Part shown: positions 38,618 through 51,060 of the stretch, piece by piece
Position numbering within the stretch: the first letter of the stretch is position 1
Layout of the letters: each line of letters begins with the position of its first letter
Program-made: the position numbers and the translations under genes
Source: Bilabrum cf. latius
Lineage: Eukaryota
DNA: 64,000 nt
Assembly: GCA_965178125.1 (NCBI GenBank)
Contig: OZ237765.1
Span: 310,001-374,000, forward strand
Direction: 5' to 3'
Notes under the pieces: model-generated
Told to the model about the DNA's origin: nothing
What the model saw: only the letters and a program-made list of their open reading frames with translations
Database searches by the model: none

Positions 38618-41188
38618 ATGAGATGGGATTTGACCACCGTATCTAGGCCAGCTACTAGCTCGCTGCTACTAGAAGTAGCGCGCACCCACCCTTGGTCGCA
38701 AACCTTGCACCCATTCGAACAAGAAATCATTTGTCTAATGCGCCCGACACGTGCAACTACCGGTGCTAAACATGCACAGTCTAGCTCTAGTTTAGGAATG
38801 GAACGCTGGCGGGTACCAGTAGCTGCGGTGTCGTTGGGTGCAAACGTAGGCTTACCTGTCGTAGGAGCGTAGCAGGGCAGTCACAACTCTGCTGCCGAGT
38901 CCCCTACCGAATCCTCAGGTGGATTAACACCGCATTCATCTGATGAAGTTGAACAGTCGTGTACAAACTCCCCTCATAGCAGACTGGCAAGGTCGGATCG
39001 TAGCAACTCGAGCAACGATTTGAGAGACTCGCGCAGGTCTGCGGCGAAAGGACAACAGATCGATCAGAGGCACGCATTATCTTCTAACTTGGTATAGGGC
39101 GATTAGTATCGGTAGCTACAGTAGGCTCATGCGGATCAGTCAGGTCCCCGTGGTGCGGCATATGCCGTTTTGGTTGCTAGTGAGCCTTAGCATCGAATTC
39201 CCTTTGCGTACAGCAACGGCAGTACATAGTAGTCCCAATAGACGTTCATCCATGAAAAAAGTGCAGATATTGGATCGGCACTATGGTATCCTGGGCGAGT
39301 GGAAGGACAACAGCTGAATGGACCCGGGCGATGCGCGGCAGTACGCGGCGCAAGTATGACGGCGGTAGCTTCTGCGAGTAGCAAAGCTGTTCTTGGTCAC
39401 TCAACGGATCGACCCGCCGCTTTCACGGGCTTGCAGCCTAGCGAAATCCGCAAGGAAGCGATCGGTAGCCTTGCACCTACGGACACGGCTTGGGGGAATC
39501 ATTCTGCCAGCAACCAAGGGTTGCGCCACCTAGGCACAGCAGTAGCTAGGCAGGAAACATCCACATCTAGGGTGCAAACTACGCTTGGAGCCACTGGATT
39601 TGTGCCAAGCGGGGTCATACCCAATGCCGCCCTGCAAAGCGCAGGCCAAGCCAAGCTGGAGCATCCTACGCATCGAGCAGACCAAGCCTCATCTCCGCGA
39701 GGCCTCACCGTGACTTCGATTGCGGCATCAAGTGGTAGGGAAATGAGCCAACCAAGTCTTATGGGGACGTAGGGCAGCACTGAGGCTGGCCAGGGGATGG
39801 TTGGATCTCACGGCGCTATCAGCCAGCCAATGTCCATGGGTACAGGTCATAGGTTCTGGCAGCCATGGTCGCCGCAGGGTGGAGCCAACAGTGAAGATTC
39901 GGGCTCATATGCAAGGATTGGCAAGGGCAATTCACAGGCCGAGACGGGTAGTTCTGGCAGTGCAGAGGTGCATTCATTCGATGCGGGATCATACGGTGAA
40001 CTCGGGTCTTGGCCGCCAAGCACAAGCTCGCGGATGCACACAAACAGCGTTTCACCGGAGCCGTTCGACACATCTTCGTCTGGAGAGATGCCGGGGTCGG
40101 CGCACTCTGGGTGCACAATCGACGGCGAGGCACAAGACAGCGCGGCGATGGTCGAGACAGCGGCGATTCCTCCTCAAGCACGAGCCCTTGTCATGCCAAG
40201 GGCTGCCTCAGGCACTCCTATGCCTCGACCGGGTCTGTTGAGCACTGCATAGGCTGACATCGCGGCTGCAGGCGGGCGTAAGCGGTCGCGGGGCCACCGA
40301 GACGCTCCCGATCATGCCGCTTCACGAATGGCCGCATCGAAAGGCTCCCCGCAGCTGGGCCACCGCCGGTCCTCGAGGCGAAGCAGGAGGCGATCCTTGG
40401 GCCGCGGGACGCTGGCTAGCTTGCGATCATCAACGGCAAGCAGGACAGGCGCCGTGTCTGCGTCTGACACCGGCTACGACGATGACGACGAGGGGGAGGC
40501 GGAAGACCAGCAGAGCGACGTCGACGACGAGGTCGACCCGGAGTGGATCGCGCAAGCCAACGCAGCCCGCATGCCGCCCCGAAAGCACAGGAGGGTGGAT
40601 CAGGCGTCATCCACCACCAGCTCGCGCCCCATGACCCGCCGCGCCTCTGCGGCATCCTCCACTGGCATCTCCACTGGTGCGAGCGGAAGCGCACGCGTGC
40701 GATCGAGCGCTGCCTCCTCCAGCGGGGACCAATCGGCGCAACCCAGCCCATCCCCAGCCGTCCCCCCAGACTCCCCTCTTTCTTACTGCATCAACGATGC
40801 GGGCCGGGAGTTCGTGCAGAGTGACGAGAGGGCGCAGCACCTGCTCGAGGGCGGGGTCGTGAGGATGGACCGACTGGCCATCCGTGGTCGCAAGAGCAGG
40901 GGCGACCAGCTTCTCCCTGAGGCTGCCGTGCTCGTACTGCTGGGCTGGATTTGCCGGCACGTGGAGAATCCGTATCCCGCGCTGAGCACCAAGGAACAGC
41001 TGGCCAAGGACACTGGGCTGCCGGTTGACAGCGTGAAGAACTACCTCACGAACCTTCGCAAGCGGCACTTGAACCCGCTCAAGGCAGGCCGCCCGCCCAG
41101 GAACCAGATGGAGGTAGATCTTCTCACGCTCTTGCGAGCTAAGGGGGTCGCGGTCTCCGCGACGGATTAGGAGGGCAAGCACGGCTGA
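38618..41188 (+). CDS. TALE-class (KN-type) homeodomain transcription factor with long disordered N-terminus (12 in-frame TAG)
   Basis: LLGWICRHVENPYPALSTKEQLAKDTGLPVDSVKNYLTNLRKR carries the TALE PYP signature. One frame from ATG at 38618 (the start could be a later ATG) to TGA at 41186-41188. Confidence 0.8.
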
Positions 41189-41295
41189 TGCTATTCGATC
41201 CACACTTGGCGGCAGTTCACCTTCCTTCTGCCAGCCCTCGCTGCAGCTCAAAGTTTACCTTGAGAGACTGGAAAAATATTCAGAGACTGTCACTG

Positions 41296-41638
41296 TCACC
41301 TCGTTTCTCTGTCTGATGGATCTACAATGCGTTTCTTTGCAAGCTTGCATACTTCGCAGTTCGCATCGGGGTCGTCACCCCCTGTGGACAGCCCCGCAGC
41401 CGCTTCTGCTTTCTCCATCTCGATCTCCCTTAGAACATTTAAATGCATTCTCTGCGAATGGAATGGCCAAGAGAGCGTGCGCAGGTGGTAAGTTGAGAGC
41501 GTGGCATCCCATGCAACGCGCAGATCCCCCATGGAATCTCACATCCCGTTCACTTTGCTGCTTCCAATGAACGAAGTAAACGCAGCCTGCACTGAGTGCA
41601 GAAACTCCTACTAAGACAGAAACTGCGCGCCGCGACAT
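41296..41638 (-). CDS. PET117: PET117 cytochrome c oxidase assembly factor, 2 exons
   Basis: MSRRAVSVLVGVSALSAGCVYFVHWKQQSERD|RMHLNVLREIE matches the PET117 pattern (TM helix, VH..Q..ER..MH.GV.RD.E). Intron at 41452-41542; TGA stop. Confidence 0.8.
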
Positions 41639-41823
41639 GTTTCGATGTTTTCAGATGTGCAGCTGATGCACCGTGCCACGTGAGCACCACCGTGTGATGC
41701 AGCCAGACACATGCATTGCATTGCATGGCGCCCATAGGGCACAGACCGATAGCTTCAAGCCAAAGAGAAACACGAACAAGACAAAGCAATAAGAGCCCCC
41801 CTCCCCTCCCCTCTCATGAGTCA

Positions 41824-44800
41824 TCACTGCGCGACACAGGACCGAATCTTCTTTCCACCATCCAACGTGAAGGGCCCTCCCTTGACGTGATAGCTCCTGA
41901 ACCAAGCGTTCTGCCCGAGCTCGCTCACCCACGCTGCCTGCTCCAGCTCCAGCAGCTTTTTCCTCCCGGGGTTCTCAAGGCTCTTGAGCTTGGACTCCTT
42001 CTTGAGCTTGGACAGGCGCTCCTGAAGCGCCTCCCTGTTCTTCCTCCTTATTTTGTGGTCCGGGTCGGGGTTACCAAGGGACAGGCGAAGCGCGTCGAGC
42101 CACACGCCCGGGGCAGGCTCGGGATCCAGGGGCAGCTGGAGGCCGAGGTACCGCCCCACCGCCTGGCCATCCTTCACAATGCCCGGCTTATTCCACAGCA
42201 TCTTGTGGGACACGATCTGGTGCACCTGCACGGCACCCTTGGAGGCCGTCACTTTATCGGCGATGTCTCCTTCCTCGGAGCTGGAGAAGATCAGGGGCAT
42301 GCCCGTGTTGACCACCGCCCTGAACACCCTCTCGCTGTTCACTGCGGCCCGGAGGGTGAATGGCTCGCTGTACTTGCGAGGGGTCACATCGCACGAGGTG
42401 GGAATGGTCGCAAGCAGCAGGAAGCTGGGGTACTCTCCGTTCGTTGACGCGGTGGTCTTGGTCATGAACACGTTCACAGCGTTGGACGGGGCCTGGTGCA
42501 CGGCGGCGCTGCTCATCTCCTCCTGAGATGGGAAGGCCAGAGCGCCCGACTGAGCTTGCCTCAACGCCGTGAACGCCTCCCCAGACGCGCCCAGACGAGC
42601 CTCCACATGAATGCTGCCCTACTGTCCCCGGGAGGGCATCTTGTAGGCCGCGCCCACCCCGTGAGCCAGCACGTTGCTGCCTGTAGTTTTCTAGGCCAAT
42701 GCGGAAACCTTGTTCGGAGCAAGGTCAGTGACCCCATCCTCGTCTGCCAACGTGTCCTGGCTCTCTTCATTCGCGAACCCGAACGGAGGCGCCGGCCGAG
42801 ACAGCAGCACCTGCCCCTGGGCACCGATACCCACCACTGCCCCCGTGTGCGCCGCCCCGGCCGCCACAGGCAGGCCCAGCTCAGGCCATTCCTGCCCCGT
42901 CAGGCCCGTGAATGTCTCCGCCATGCAGGCAGAGCTGCCGAGGTAGTACTCTTTCTGCGCTCGAGCCTCCTTCAAGGTGGCGAGAGGCTGCATTTCAATG
43001 CCCTGGCCCTCTCGGTAGAACTTGCCCATCTCGTTCCTGAAGCCGGCTTCCAGTTCGAGGTCTTTTGACGTATCCACAGAGGCCTCTGTCGCGGTGCAGA
43101 AGCCAAGGAGGTGTGCCAAGACAGTGGCAGGGCACGGCCCAGCCGCCTTGCCCTTCTCTCCGCACATCACGGGCTTGGGCCAGTTGGTTGCAAGCCGAGC
43201 CCCAGCCACTTTCTGCTGCTCGGCGGGCAGCAGGGAGCACATGTGCGCCTTGCGCTGGTCGGATGAGGCCTTGTCAGCCCCCGGCCCGATCGGGCTGGCC
43301 AGCAGCGCCTCGATCGCCGCGCACGTGTGCTCCTTGGGTGGCCCCGGATCCACGTCGTCTCGGCATGCCATGCTCTTGCCATGCACGGCCTTGCCCACCA
43401 GGATGTTGATCATCGCGGCGCACTCGTCACTGCGGGCATGCCCACCCTCCCCGGAGCCCCGCATCACGTTGAGCTCCTCCGCGGTGAGGCCCCCCGCCCC
43501 TCCCACCTTGCCAGTCCCACTCGCGCTCTCGCAGTCTGGCAAGGTCACGCGATGTGCCACGTCATCGCCGAGAAGTGCCCGCACGGCTTCCCTGCGGCCC
43601 ACCGCCAGGGGCATCAGCACCTTGCTGCATTCCTCATGGCTAAACTGGGCCCCATCCTCCATCCTCCGTGTCAAGACCTGGTACACGTGACCGTCCACTG
43701 CGGTCTCCGCAAGGCCTTTCTGCAGCTTTTCGGCCGCGACCAGAACCAGGGCAGTGCGCGCGAGCATGCGCACCAGGTGCTGGCGCGCAGACTCCGCTGT
43801 CCCCGGGGTAGCAGCGTCTCCGTCCAGGGGAGCGGGCGCGCCGGATTCGAAGCAGAGCTCCGCTGCCTCGAACAGGTGGTCCTGGCCTGCCCCCACCGGC
43901 ATAGAACCGATCCTGCGAATCATGCGACAGGCCCAGGGATCTCCTGACTTGAGAAGTGTTGCGATAGGCGCGATCACTTCCCGCAGCACGCCCATGCGCT
44001 ATCCCCCCAGGGTCGCCAGCCACCTTGCAGCACCCGAGTTGCCCTCGGGTAGGCTGGCAGCCTGCACAGCTGCCCCCGTATCCCCGCCCACGGACTGCTG
44101 GTGGTAGTCCATGGCCGAAGTGGTGCTGCCGCTAGACTCCGAGCTGCTCCCGCTGGCCGACAGCTTCACCCCGAATTTCCCGTAGTCCTGTCCGTTGGAT
44201 TGCCCGAAGGACTCGCTCGTGGCAGCATCCGCGAGGTACTCCCGCTCCACCTCCGTCACAAGCTTCTCGCTGCCCTCGTTCTCCAGAGGGCTCGTGATGG
44301 TGGTCTTGTGGGTCTCACTCAGGTTCTTGTCCGCCCCTACAGCGCCCTGCATCCCCTGCAGGCTCATGGATTTGGAGAGGCCGGCCGTAAGTCCCACCGC
44401 ATATTGCCTCCGCGCCTCGTGGTTCGAGCTCGTCTCCTGCACCTTGGCCACCAGCTCGCGCCTCCCGCCCACCGTGACTCCCACCCGTACCTTCCCGAAC
44501 TCGTACACGAACAGAAAGTACTTGCGCTTCTGCTCGGGGGTCATCTTATCAAACGCGGCTCTGACAGCAGGCACAGACACGGCTCCAACGGTGCTCGCCT
44601 CGTCCTGTAGCACGCCACTCACAGCCTCCATGGCCTCTGGGGCCACGGGGAGCGCCCGCTTCCTGTTCTTGAAGTTCTTTGTGAGCTGGCTGCTGTCGAA
44701 CACAGACACCGAGACCGGCCTGCCAGTGGCCCCCGGGGCAGTGGGAGACACGCCTTGCACCTTGCCGTCCACTTCCCTTCCCATGTCCGCGTTTAATGCG

Positions 44801-45821
44801 AGCAGCGTGAACGCATCTTGATTCATGCCCAGCGAATATACCTCTACCTCCGTGCTGGCGGACATCTCGGAGAGGCCAGACGACCTGGAGTCCATGCTGG
44901 CCCACGCCATCGCGCCCCCGATACCTCCTGAAGCGACTGCGCTGGAGATCGTCACGCCGAGGCCGGCCTTGGACTCCATCGACTTGACAACGGAGGCCGA
45001 CTCCCCACCTTGCACGTGAGAGGCAATGCTGCTTGATTGCACGTTAAGTTGCGCCTGCAAAGAAGAGAGAAGGAGAGGGAGAAAGGGCGCTGGTGCCGGT
45101 GGGCAAGGTAGTGTGGGGCTGCCCTTCGTGGTTCGTCCACTTGACTGGCGGGCATGTGGAGCAGGAAGCCCTGTCCCGTGGCCTGCTTGCTGGTTGCACG
45201 TATGCATAGAGGCTCCCGCATGGATTCACCTGGCCTTCCCTGACATACTATCTCACATACTTGGGAATCAGGACCCCTCCGTCGCCTGCTTCTGCCAGCT
45301 CGGCTCGGTAGCACTGCGAGGCCATGGTGATGCTTACAAACGTGAATCAATGCATTGCAGGACTTTACGCATGGATTGAAGGAGTCGCCAATTGAATCTT
45401 GCTGCTCTTTGTGCGATCATCCAGATCACGGCGCTACACTCACTAGAACCGTGGCCGTGTTGTCGGAGCAGTCAATCAGCACGCGGTTGATACCGTCGCC
45501 AACCGACCCGTCCATAAAGGTTCCAAACATTCCAATGCTTGAACCCAGCTCACTGGACCCTGGGATTGCCGCGGAAGGCGCAAGCAATGCCGTGGACTTC
45601 AGTTTCTCTTCGTCAACGATGCCGATGGCAGCTTGCAGCTACTCCCACCGAGACTTGGCATCAAACTCGTAGTCATCTGGCTTTTTTATGTCTAATTTCT
45701 CCATATCTGGAATCTTTCCCTTGCTTGAGATTCCTTGGGACTGCACAAACACGCCGTGAGGTCCCGTAGATGCTCCAGCTGCAACGGCAAAACAGGCGAA
45801 CAAAGGCGCTCCCACGAGCAT
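41824..45821 (-). CDS. Secreted MACPF/perforin-like protein A
   Basis: Signal peptide MLVGAPLFACFAVAAGA. MACPF-like elements YFLFVYEFGKVRVGVTVGGR, Ser/Thr-rich TMH-like segments and SVGGD..W..L..API..LL. Probable introns at about 45314-45443 and 45056-45228. TAG at 45639, about 45248, 43999, 42691 and about 42620; ends TGA-TGA. Confidence 0.6.
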
Positions 45822-46133
45822 ATTAGGCAGCGAGTAAACAAAGAGATTACCTGCTTCAACAATACACTCCCTTCGAAAGCAAGGCTCTAGAGACAAGGGG
45901 CTTGTAACCCTTCCAGAGTTCGATCCACCACTGGCTTCTCGCAATGTCTACTTCCGGTTATATCAACTATAACGTGCAGTTGTGAAGACTGATAAAAGAC
46001 AATGCTGGCTTCAACAATTTGTCGGCCCAGATTCACAGTATAATCCACGCATTTGTCAGCCTGGGCAAGTGTTTCTGCTACTGTTATCAATTTAAGGTGG
46101 TACTTGTTGCATTGACTTAATACCGCTGCCCAA

Positions 46134-49100
46134 ATGCCCACCACGAGACTCATCCATCCATCGGTGGTTTTGCTGGGTATTGCTTTGCTACGGCATGCCC
46201 CCGTGGCGTTATCTGGGCCTGTCGTACGTCAGACTGGACCAGTAGGTTATGGCCTTGACAACTACCTCGGTAATGCCGCAGAGGCAGTGTTTGAGTGAGC
46301 AATATTGCCATTGGATCCGAGCCGTAGCATCTAGGCGAACTCGAGTGAAGTCTTGCGTATGAGCTGCAGCGTATCACTTGCAAAGCGCAGGACATCATGT
46401 CAACAGGGATCGAGAGAGGACGGCAGCTATGAAGGGCGGGTCCTTCCAATGTGCACGAGTGATGACAAGCACGGGACCATTGGTCACCCAAAGCTATCTC
46501 GCAAGCCGAGCCATTCTACAGAGATGGACAGCTTCGTGTATTCGACCGTGGATACGGACGGATCAAGCAAGAGCCGCGAGTTCGGGTTCGGACTGGCAGG
46601 CTCGGGCCAGTTCGGGCCCGTCGCAGCCACCGTGTCTGCCTCCCTCGACGTGACGGGGAGCAGCTCACACTCGTCGACCAAGTCCGACAAAGTTGCCGGA
46701 ACCAAGCTGACCGTCAAGACATTTTCTTCGCGAGTAACCACTGAGGGCGGCGGAGCCGTGTGCGAGACGGGGGAGGATGACAAGTAGAGCTGTGTGTCGA
46801 TGTCCACGAGCCTGTTCGACGTGACGAGTGCGTTTGCGGACGCCGTGATGCAGCTGCCCACCCCTAAAGCCGGCGAAGGAGACGAAGACGGTGGCTAGTA
46901 CGCCTCCACGCTGCAGAACTACCTGCCATTCGTGCAATAGTACGGAGACGTGGTGGTGATGGGGGCGGAGTACGGGGCGAGAGAGGCTGTGAGCACGGAA
47001 GTGGGCAGCAGCAGCAGCAAGAGCAGCTCGAAGAAATCAGTGGCGGCGTCCATCGCGGGGACCCGCAAGTACCTCGACAAGATGAGCGTGCCCGCAGGGG
47101 TTAAGGTCACCACCACGTACACCAAGGAGTCGGACAACGCCATCGGGCAGACGATCGACCTGTACATCAAGCAGTCCTACGACACTAGGAAAGGGACCCC
47201 GGGGCATAGCGGGGACGAGGGTGTGGATCTCATCGAGGCGGGGAACAAGGCTGTTCCCAAGGTCGAGGTGAACCTGGGCTTCAGCAGGAGCTCTGAGACA
47301 TCCAGCCAGGCAGCCATGGAGGCGCTAGAGAACAAGCTGACGTACTACGGAGGTGACACCCGCAAGCTGTCTCCGGGCGCCGAGGGCGCGGATCGATCCG
47401 ACTGGCTGAAGAGCATAGAGGAGCAGGCAGTGCCCGTGAGCACGCAGACCGCGCCCATCCTCTCTGCGCTCGCGCTGCGAGTGCCCTGTGTCGCGGGGGA
47501 CCGAACCAAGCCACTGGCCGACGGGAGTCTGACCGGTGAAAGAGATACGCTGGGAGCCAAGTTCGCAACGTCTGAAGCGGCTGGGTTCAAAGACACGAGG
47601 GAGGTAAAGGCCCCTGGCTTGGGGCAGCTCCTTGCTGGCGCGCTGGGGGCGGCGTCTTCTGCCAAGGGCAAGGGTGCCTTCGGTGCCATCACCGACCCCA
47701 AGATGCTGGACCAGCTGGCCGTGCTCACGGAGCGGAGGATGTCGTGCACGGGAGATGCACGGGGGTGTCCGTCCGCTGGTCGTCCCTTCCTAGACTGGGC
47801 CTCCTCCCGTGGGGGCTCGAGCAGCAAGGAGGTGTGGAAGCAGCTGGGCGGGGAGGAGCTCAAGCACGACGCAGAGTACCTGGGGGAACAAGCCGTGGAA
47901 CACGCGCTGCTCACTGGATTCCTGCCGCTGCCCAAGACCGCGGTGCTGGTGGTGCAGTCGGGCTGCTCCCTGGCCGGAGGCACTGAGGGAAAGACTGTGG
48001 CTGTGGCGTACTTCGAGCCGCTGGACCGTTTCGTGGCCATTGTGGTCGGTGGGAAGGTCGCTGCCGGGAATGGAGCCCGGGTGATGGAGCTAGGGGTGGC
48101 GTTTGCCTGCGACTCGGCTCAGTCGCTCGCCCAGGACCGCGTGGTGCTGCACGCAGGAAAGGGCAAGGCAGAACTGCAGTTCCTGCGCGAGGCCTTCGTG
48201 CTTGCAGCTGCGGCCTCTGGGGAGCTCCAGGGCAGGGAAGCCGCCGGAGAGAAAACAGAAGAGAAAGGCGAGTTCATGCCGCTGTTCTTCGGGTAGGGAG
48301 GGGCCCCCGAGGGCATGCAGACTGCCTGGGAAGCGGGCGTTGAGCTCGCCGAGCGAGCCAAGGTGGTGGCCAAGGCAACGATGCTGCTGCAGGACGAGGG
48401 GGGCGCGAAGGCGCCCAGCGTCGAGAAAGCCAAGGAGGAAGTGTTGGATGTGGACCTGGATGACTTGATGCAGCTGGGCGGATCTGCTGTGCCCCGGGCG
48501 CACACGCCCGTCGATGGCCTGCTGCAGATGGTGACTGGGAATGTGCAGAGCAGGAAAGCGAGCGTGCGTGGGTTCGCTCGCCGGGCACTCCACGCGCACG
48601 AGCACGAGCACGAGCACAGGCACAAACATGGCCACACACACGAACACGGACGCAGCCGCGGACAAGGACACGTTGCTTCCAAGTAGTTGCTGGCTGTGCA
48701 TCGAGTCGCTCACCATGGTTCACGTGGACTGGGCAAGGCCAGTGAACAGGCCACCCCGGCTGATCTGGGCGCAGAGGCCATGCGGTTTCGCAGCAGAGCT
48801 GGCGCCTCGCATTCAGCAGACATGTCCGCGGCATCCATGTCTGAGTCTGGCACCCAGTCCGGCTCAGCATCGAGAGCAGGCACGGCGACGAGAGCCATGT
48901 CAGTGGCTCGCGCGACTCACCGCCTGCCCCTGCCCATGCCAAAGGACGAGTGCCTCGTGTAGGTGCTGCTGCATATCCTGACGGGGGAATGGGATGAAGA
49001 TGAAGCAGAGGAGGGGTGCAAGGGCGCCATTGCCGCCGTCAAGTCGCTGTCTGCCGCGCTGGATGACGGTGAGCTGGAGGTGCCGGAGGAGTGGAACCTG

Positions 49101-49559
49101 CAGGCAGGCAAGCAGGAGTGCATTCTTGGAGGGGTAGAGAACGCGCTGCGGCGGCAGGAGCATGCGAGAGCTGCTCTAAAGGAGCTGCCGAAGCTGCAGA
49201 AGCAGCTCAACGCGTATGCTTAGATGCAGCAGGACATCGTAGACGCGATGGCGAAGGGGGGCATGGGTGCAAGCGCAGTGTGCGCCGGGTAGGAAGAGTA
49301 GTCGATCGAGCAGCAGAGGATAGGAGTCCTCTTCGGGTTCACCTTCGGGGGTCGCTCTCCTGTGCCTGGTTTCCCCTGCGAGCAGTAGCTGGTCGCCTCT
49401 AGGTCGCTAGAGCAGCTCAGGAGCTCCGAGCCGGGCACAACACCCAGCGAGGCAGCCAGGATGGAGACGAAGAGGATGTCGGAGAAGGGCTGGAAGAGTA
49501 TCAAGGACAGCGTGGGGAAAACGAAAGCGGCGGAGATCCCTTTCACCATCTAGCCGTGA
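46134..49559 (+). CDS. Secreted MACPF/perforin-like protein B
   Basis: Signal peptide, VGYGLDNYLG, F.DAV.QLP, YLPFVQ*YGDVVVMGAEYGAR (cf. F..YGTH.......GG) and YYGGD..DWLKSIEEQAVPV..API..L. Intron at 46295-46390. About 11 in-frame TAG; TGA at 49557. Confidence 0.7.
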
Positions 49560-49819
49560 AGTCGGGTCCGGTCGGATTTAGATTAGATCGGATCGAATGA
49601 GCGCCTCATCGCCCAGCAGGTAGCCGACTCGAAGCTGGGTGCGGCAAGCTTGAACGAGTGCTTTGTTGTTATTTGCTAGTTATTTTTCACAGAGAAGACG
49701 ATTTGCTGTACGTTCCAGTGCATCTTGGAGCGCAGAACAAGCTAAGCAAAAAATTCCTCGGCCAGACCTGCCTGAGGGCTTCCTTGCCCTCGATGCGATC
49801 CAGAAGTCGAGCGGAACTT

Positions 49820-50896
49820 TCAGTGCCCAACCGCCCTAATCGGCCCCGCATCCGCCTTGGACGTTGCCATCCTGGATATAAAGCTGAATTCGTGGTCCCT
49901 TGCGAATTCCTTGAAGGTCTTGAGCTTGGGGAAGGTCGCCATGGCCAGCAGGGCTGGGTCAGTCTCCGTCTCGCCCTTCACGGTGCCATCCCGCAGCAGC
50001 CGAGAGGCTGCCGCAGTCGCCTCCGCGGCGTCACCCTCGCCGTACTTGACCCTGCACCTGCCCATCTCCTCCTCCTCGCTGGCATCTACGGCGGTGATGG
50101 TCTTGTCAACGGCAGCGCCGATGGCAGCGGCAACCTCGGATGGAGACAGCTGCTCTGGCCCCGACAGGTCCACTGCCCGACCGCAAAGGTCCGCGCGATC
50201 AGAAGGGGGGGCCGTGGCGATGGCTGCAAGCACGGCACCCACGTCCCGCGCGTCGATCCAGCCGATTTTCGTGTCTTTGCCCAGAGCCGTGGGCAGCACG
50301 CCGGCGGCCTGCACGGCCCCCGACACGCCGAGCAGGTTCTGCATGAACAGCTGGGGCCGCACGCTCACCCAGTCAGTGCACTTGCTGGACTTTAAGTGCT
50401 CCTCTACGGCAGCATGCCCGTGGAAGTATGTCCCTTTGAGGGACTCCTCGTCCATGAGCGGCCCGTACCCAGACACCTTCACCATCACGGCGTCGTCTCT
50501 CTGCGCAATAACCTTGTCCACGACTGCGGTCTCCAGTTCGGCTTGGTCTACGCCAGATTTATTGCCGCACGTAAGAATGCAATGCGTAGCACCTTCGCAC
50601 GCGCTTTCCAGGCTGGCTGGATCGCTCATGTCCCCCTTGACGATGATCGCAGAACGGAGCTCTTTTTGCGCCTTCTTCGCAGCTGCTGAGTCTGGGTTGC
50701 GGGTAAGGATGCGAATTTCATCTGATCCCCTGCAGAGGTCCTCCAACGCTACCGCTGCACCACTTCCGACCGCACCAAGTCCCCCAGTCACCAGGAAGAC
50801 TCTTGGGTCGCTGCCACCCAATCCAACAGACAGCGATAGTCCCCTCGACAGCGACAACCCCCGGGGTGGCAGCTTAATATCACTAACAGCTGCCAT
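49820..50896 (-). CDS. NmrA-like NAD(P)-binding atypical SDR oxidoreductase
   Basis: FLVTGGLGAVGS Rossmann motif, GDMSDPASLESACEG, VRPQLFMQN, IDARDVG and LSGPEQLS. Intact intronless ORF with TGA stop and no TAG. Confidence 0.9.
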   Translation of the reverse strand: MAAVSDIKLPPRGLSLSRGLSLSVGLGGSDPRVFLVTGGLGAVGSGAAVALEDLCRGSDEIRILTRNPDSAAAKKAQKELRSAIIVKGDMSDPASLESACEGATHCILTCGNKSGVDQAELETAVVDKVIAQRDDAVMVKVSGYGPLMDEESLKGTYFHGHAAVEEHLKSSKCTDWVSVRPQLFMQNLLGVSGAVQAAGVLPTALGKDTKIGWIDARDVGAVLAAIATAPPSDRADLCGRAVDLSGPEQLSPSEVAAAIGAAVDKTITAVDASEEEEMGRCRVKYGEGDAAEATAAASRLLRDGTVKGETETDPALLAMATFPKLKTFKEFARDHEFSFISRMATSKADAGPIRAVGH

Positions 50897-51060
50897 TCAA
50901 ACGACAGCACAAGCTAGATTTAGTCTGAGTTGCCTTGGGAATGCCCTACGATCTTCACCCTGCTGGATCGGTTTCGCCACTCGTCACTTTTTTTTATCGC
51001 AATACGGCCGTAACCATAAATTGCTATTTCAGTTGACAGTTGAACTGATTGGAATTGCCA

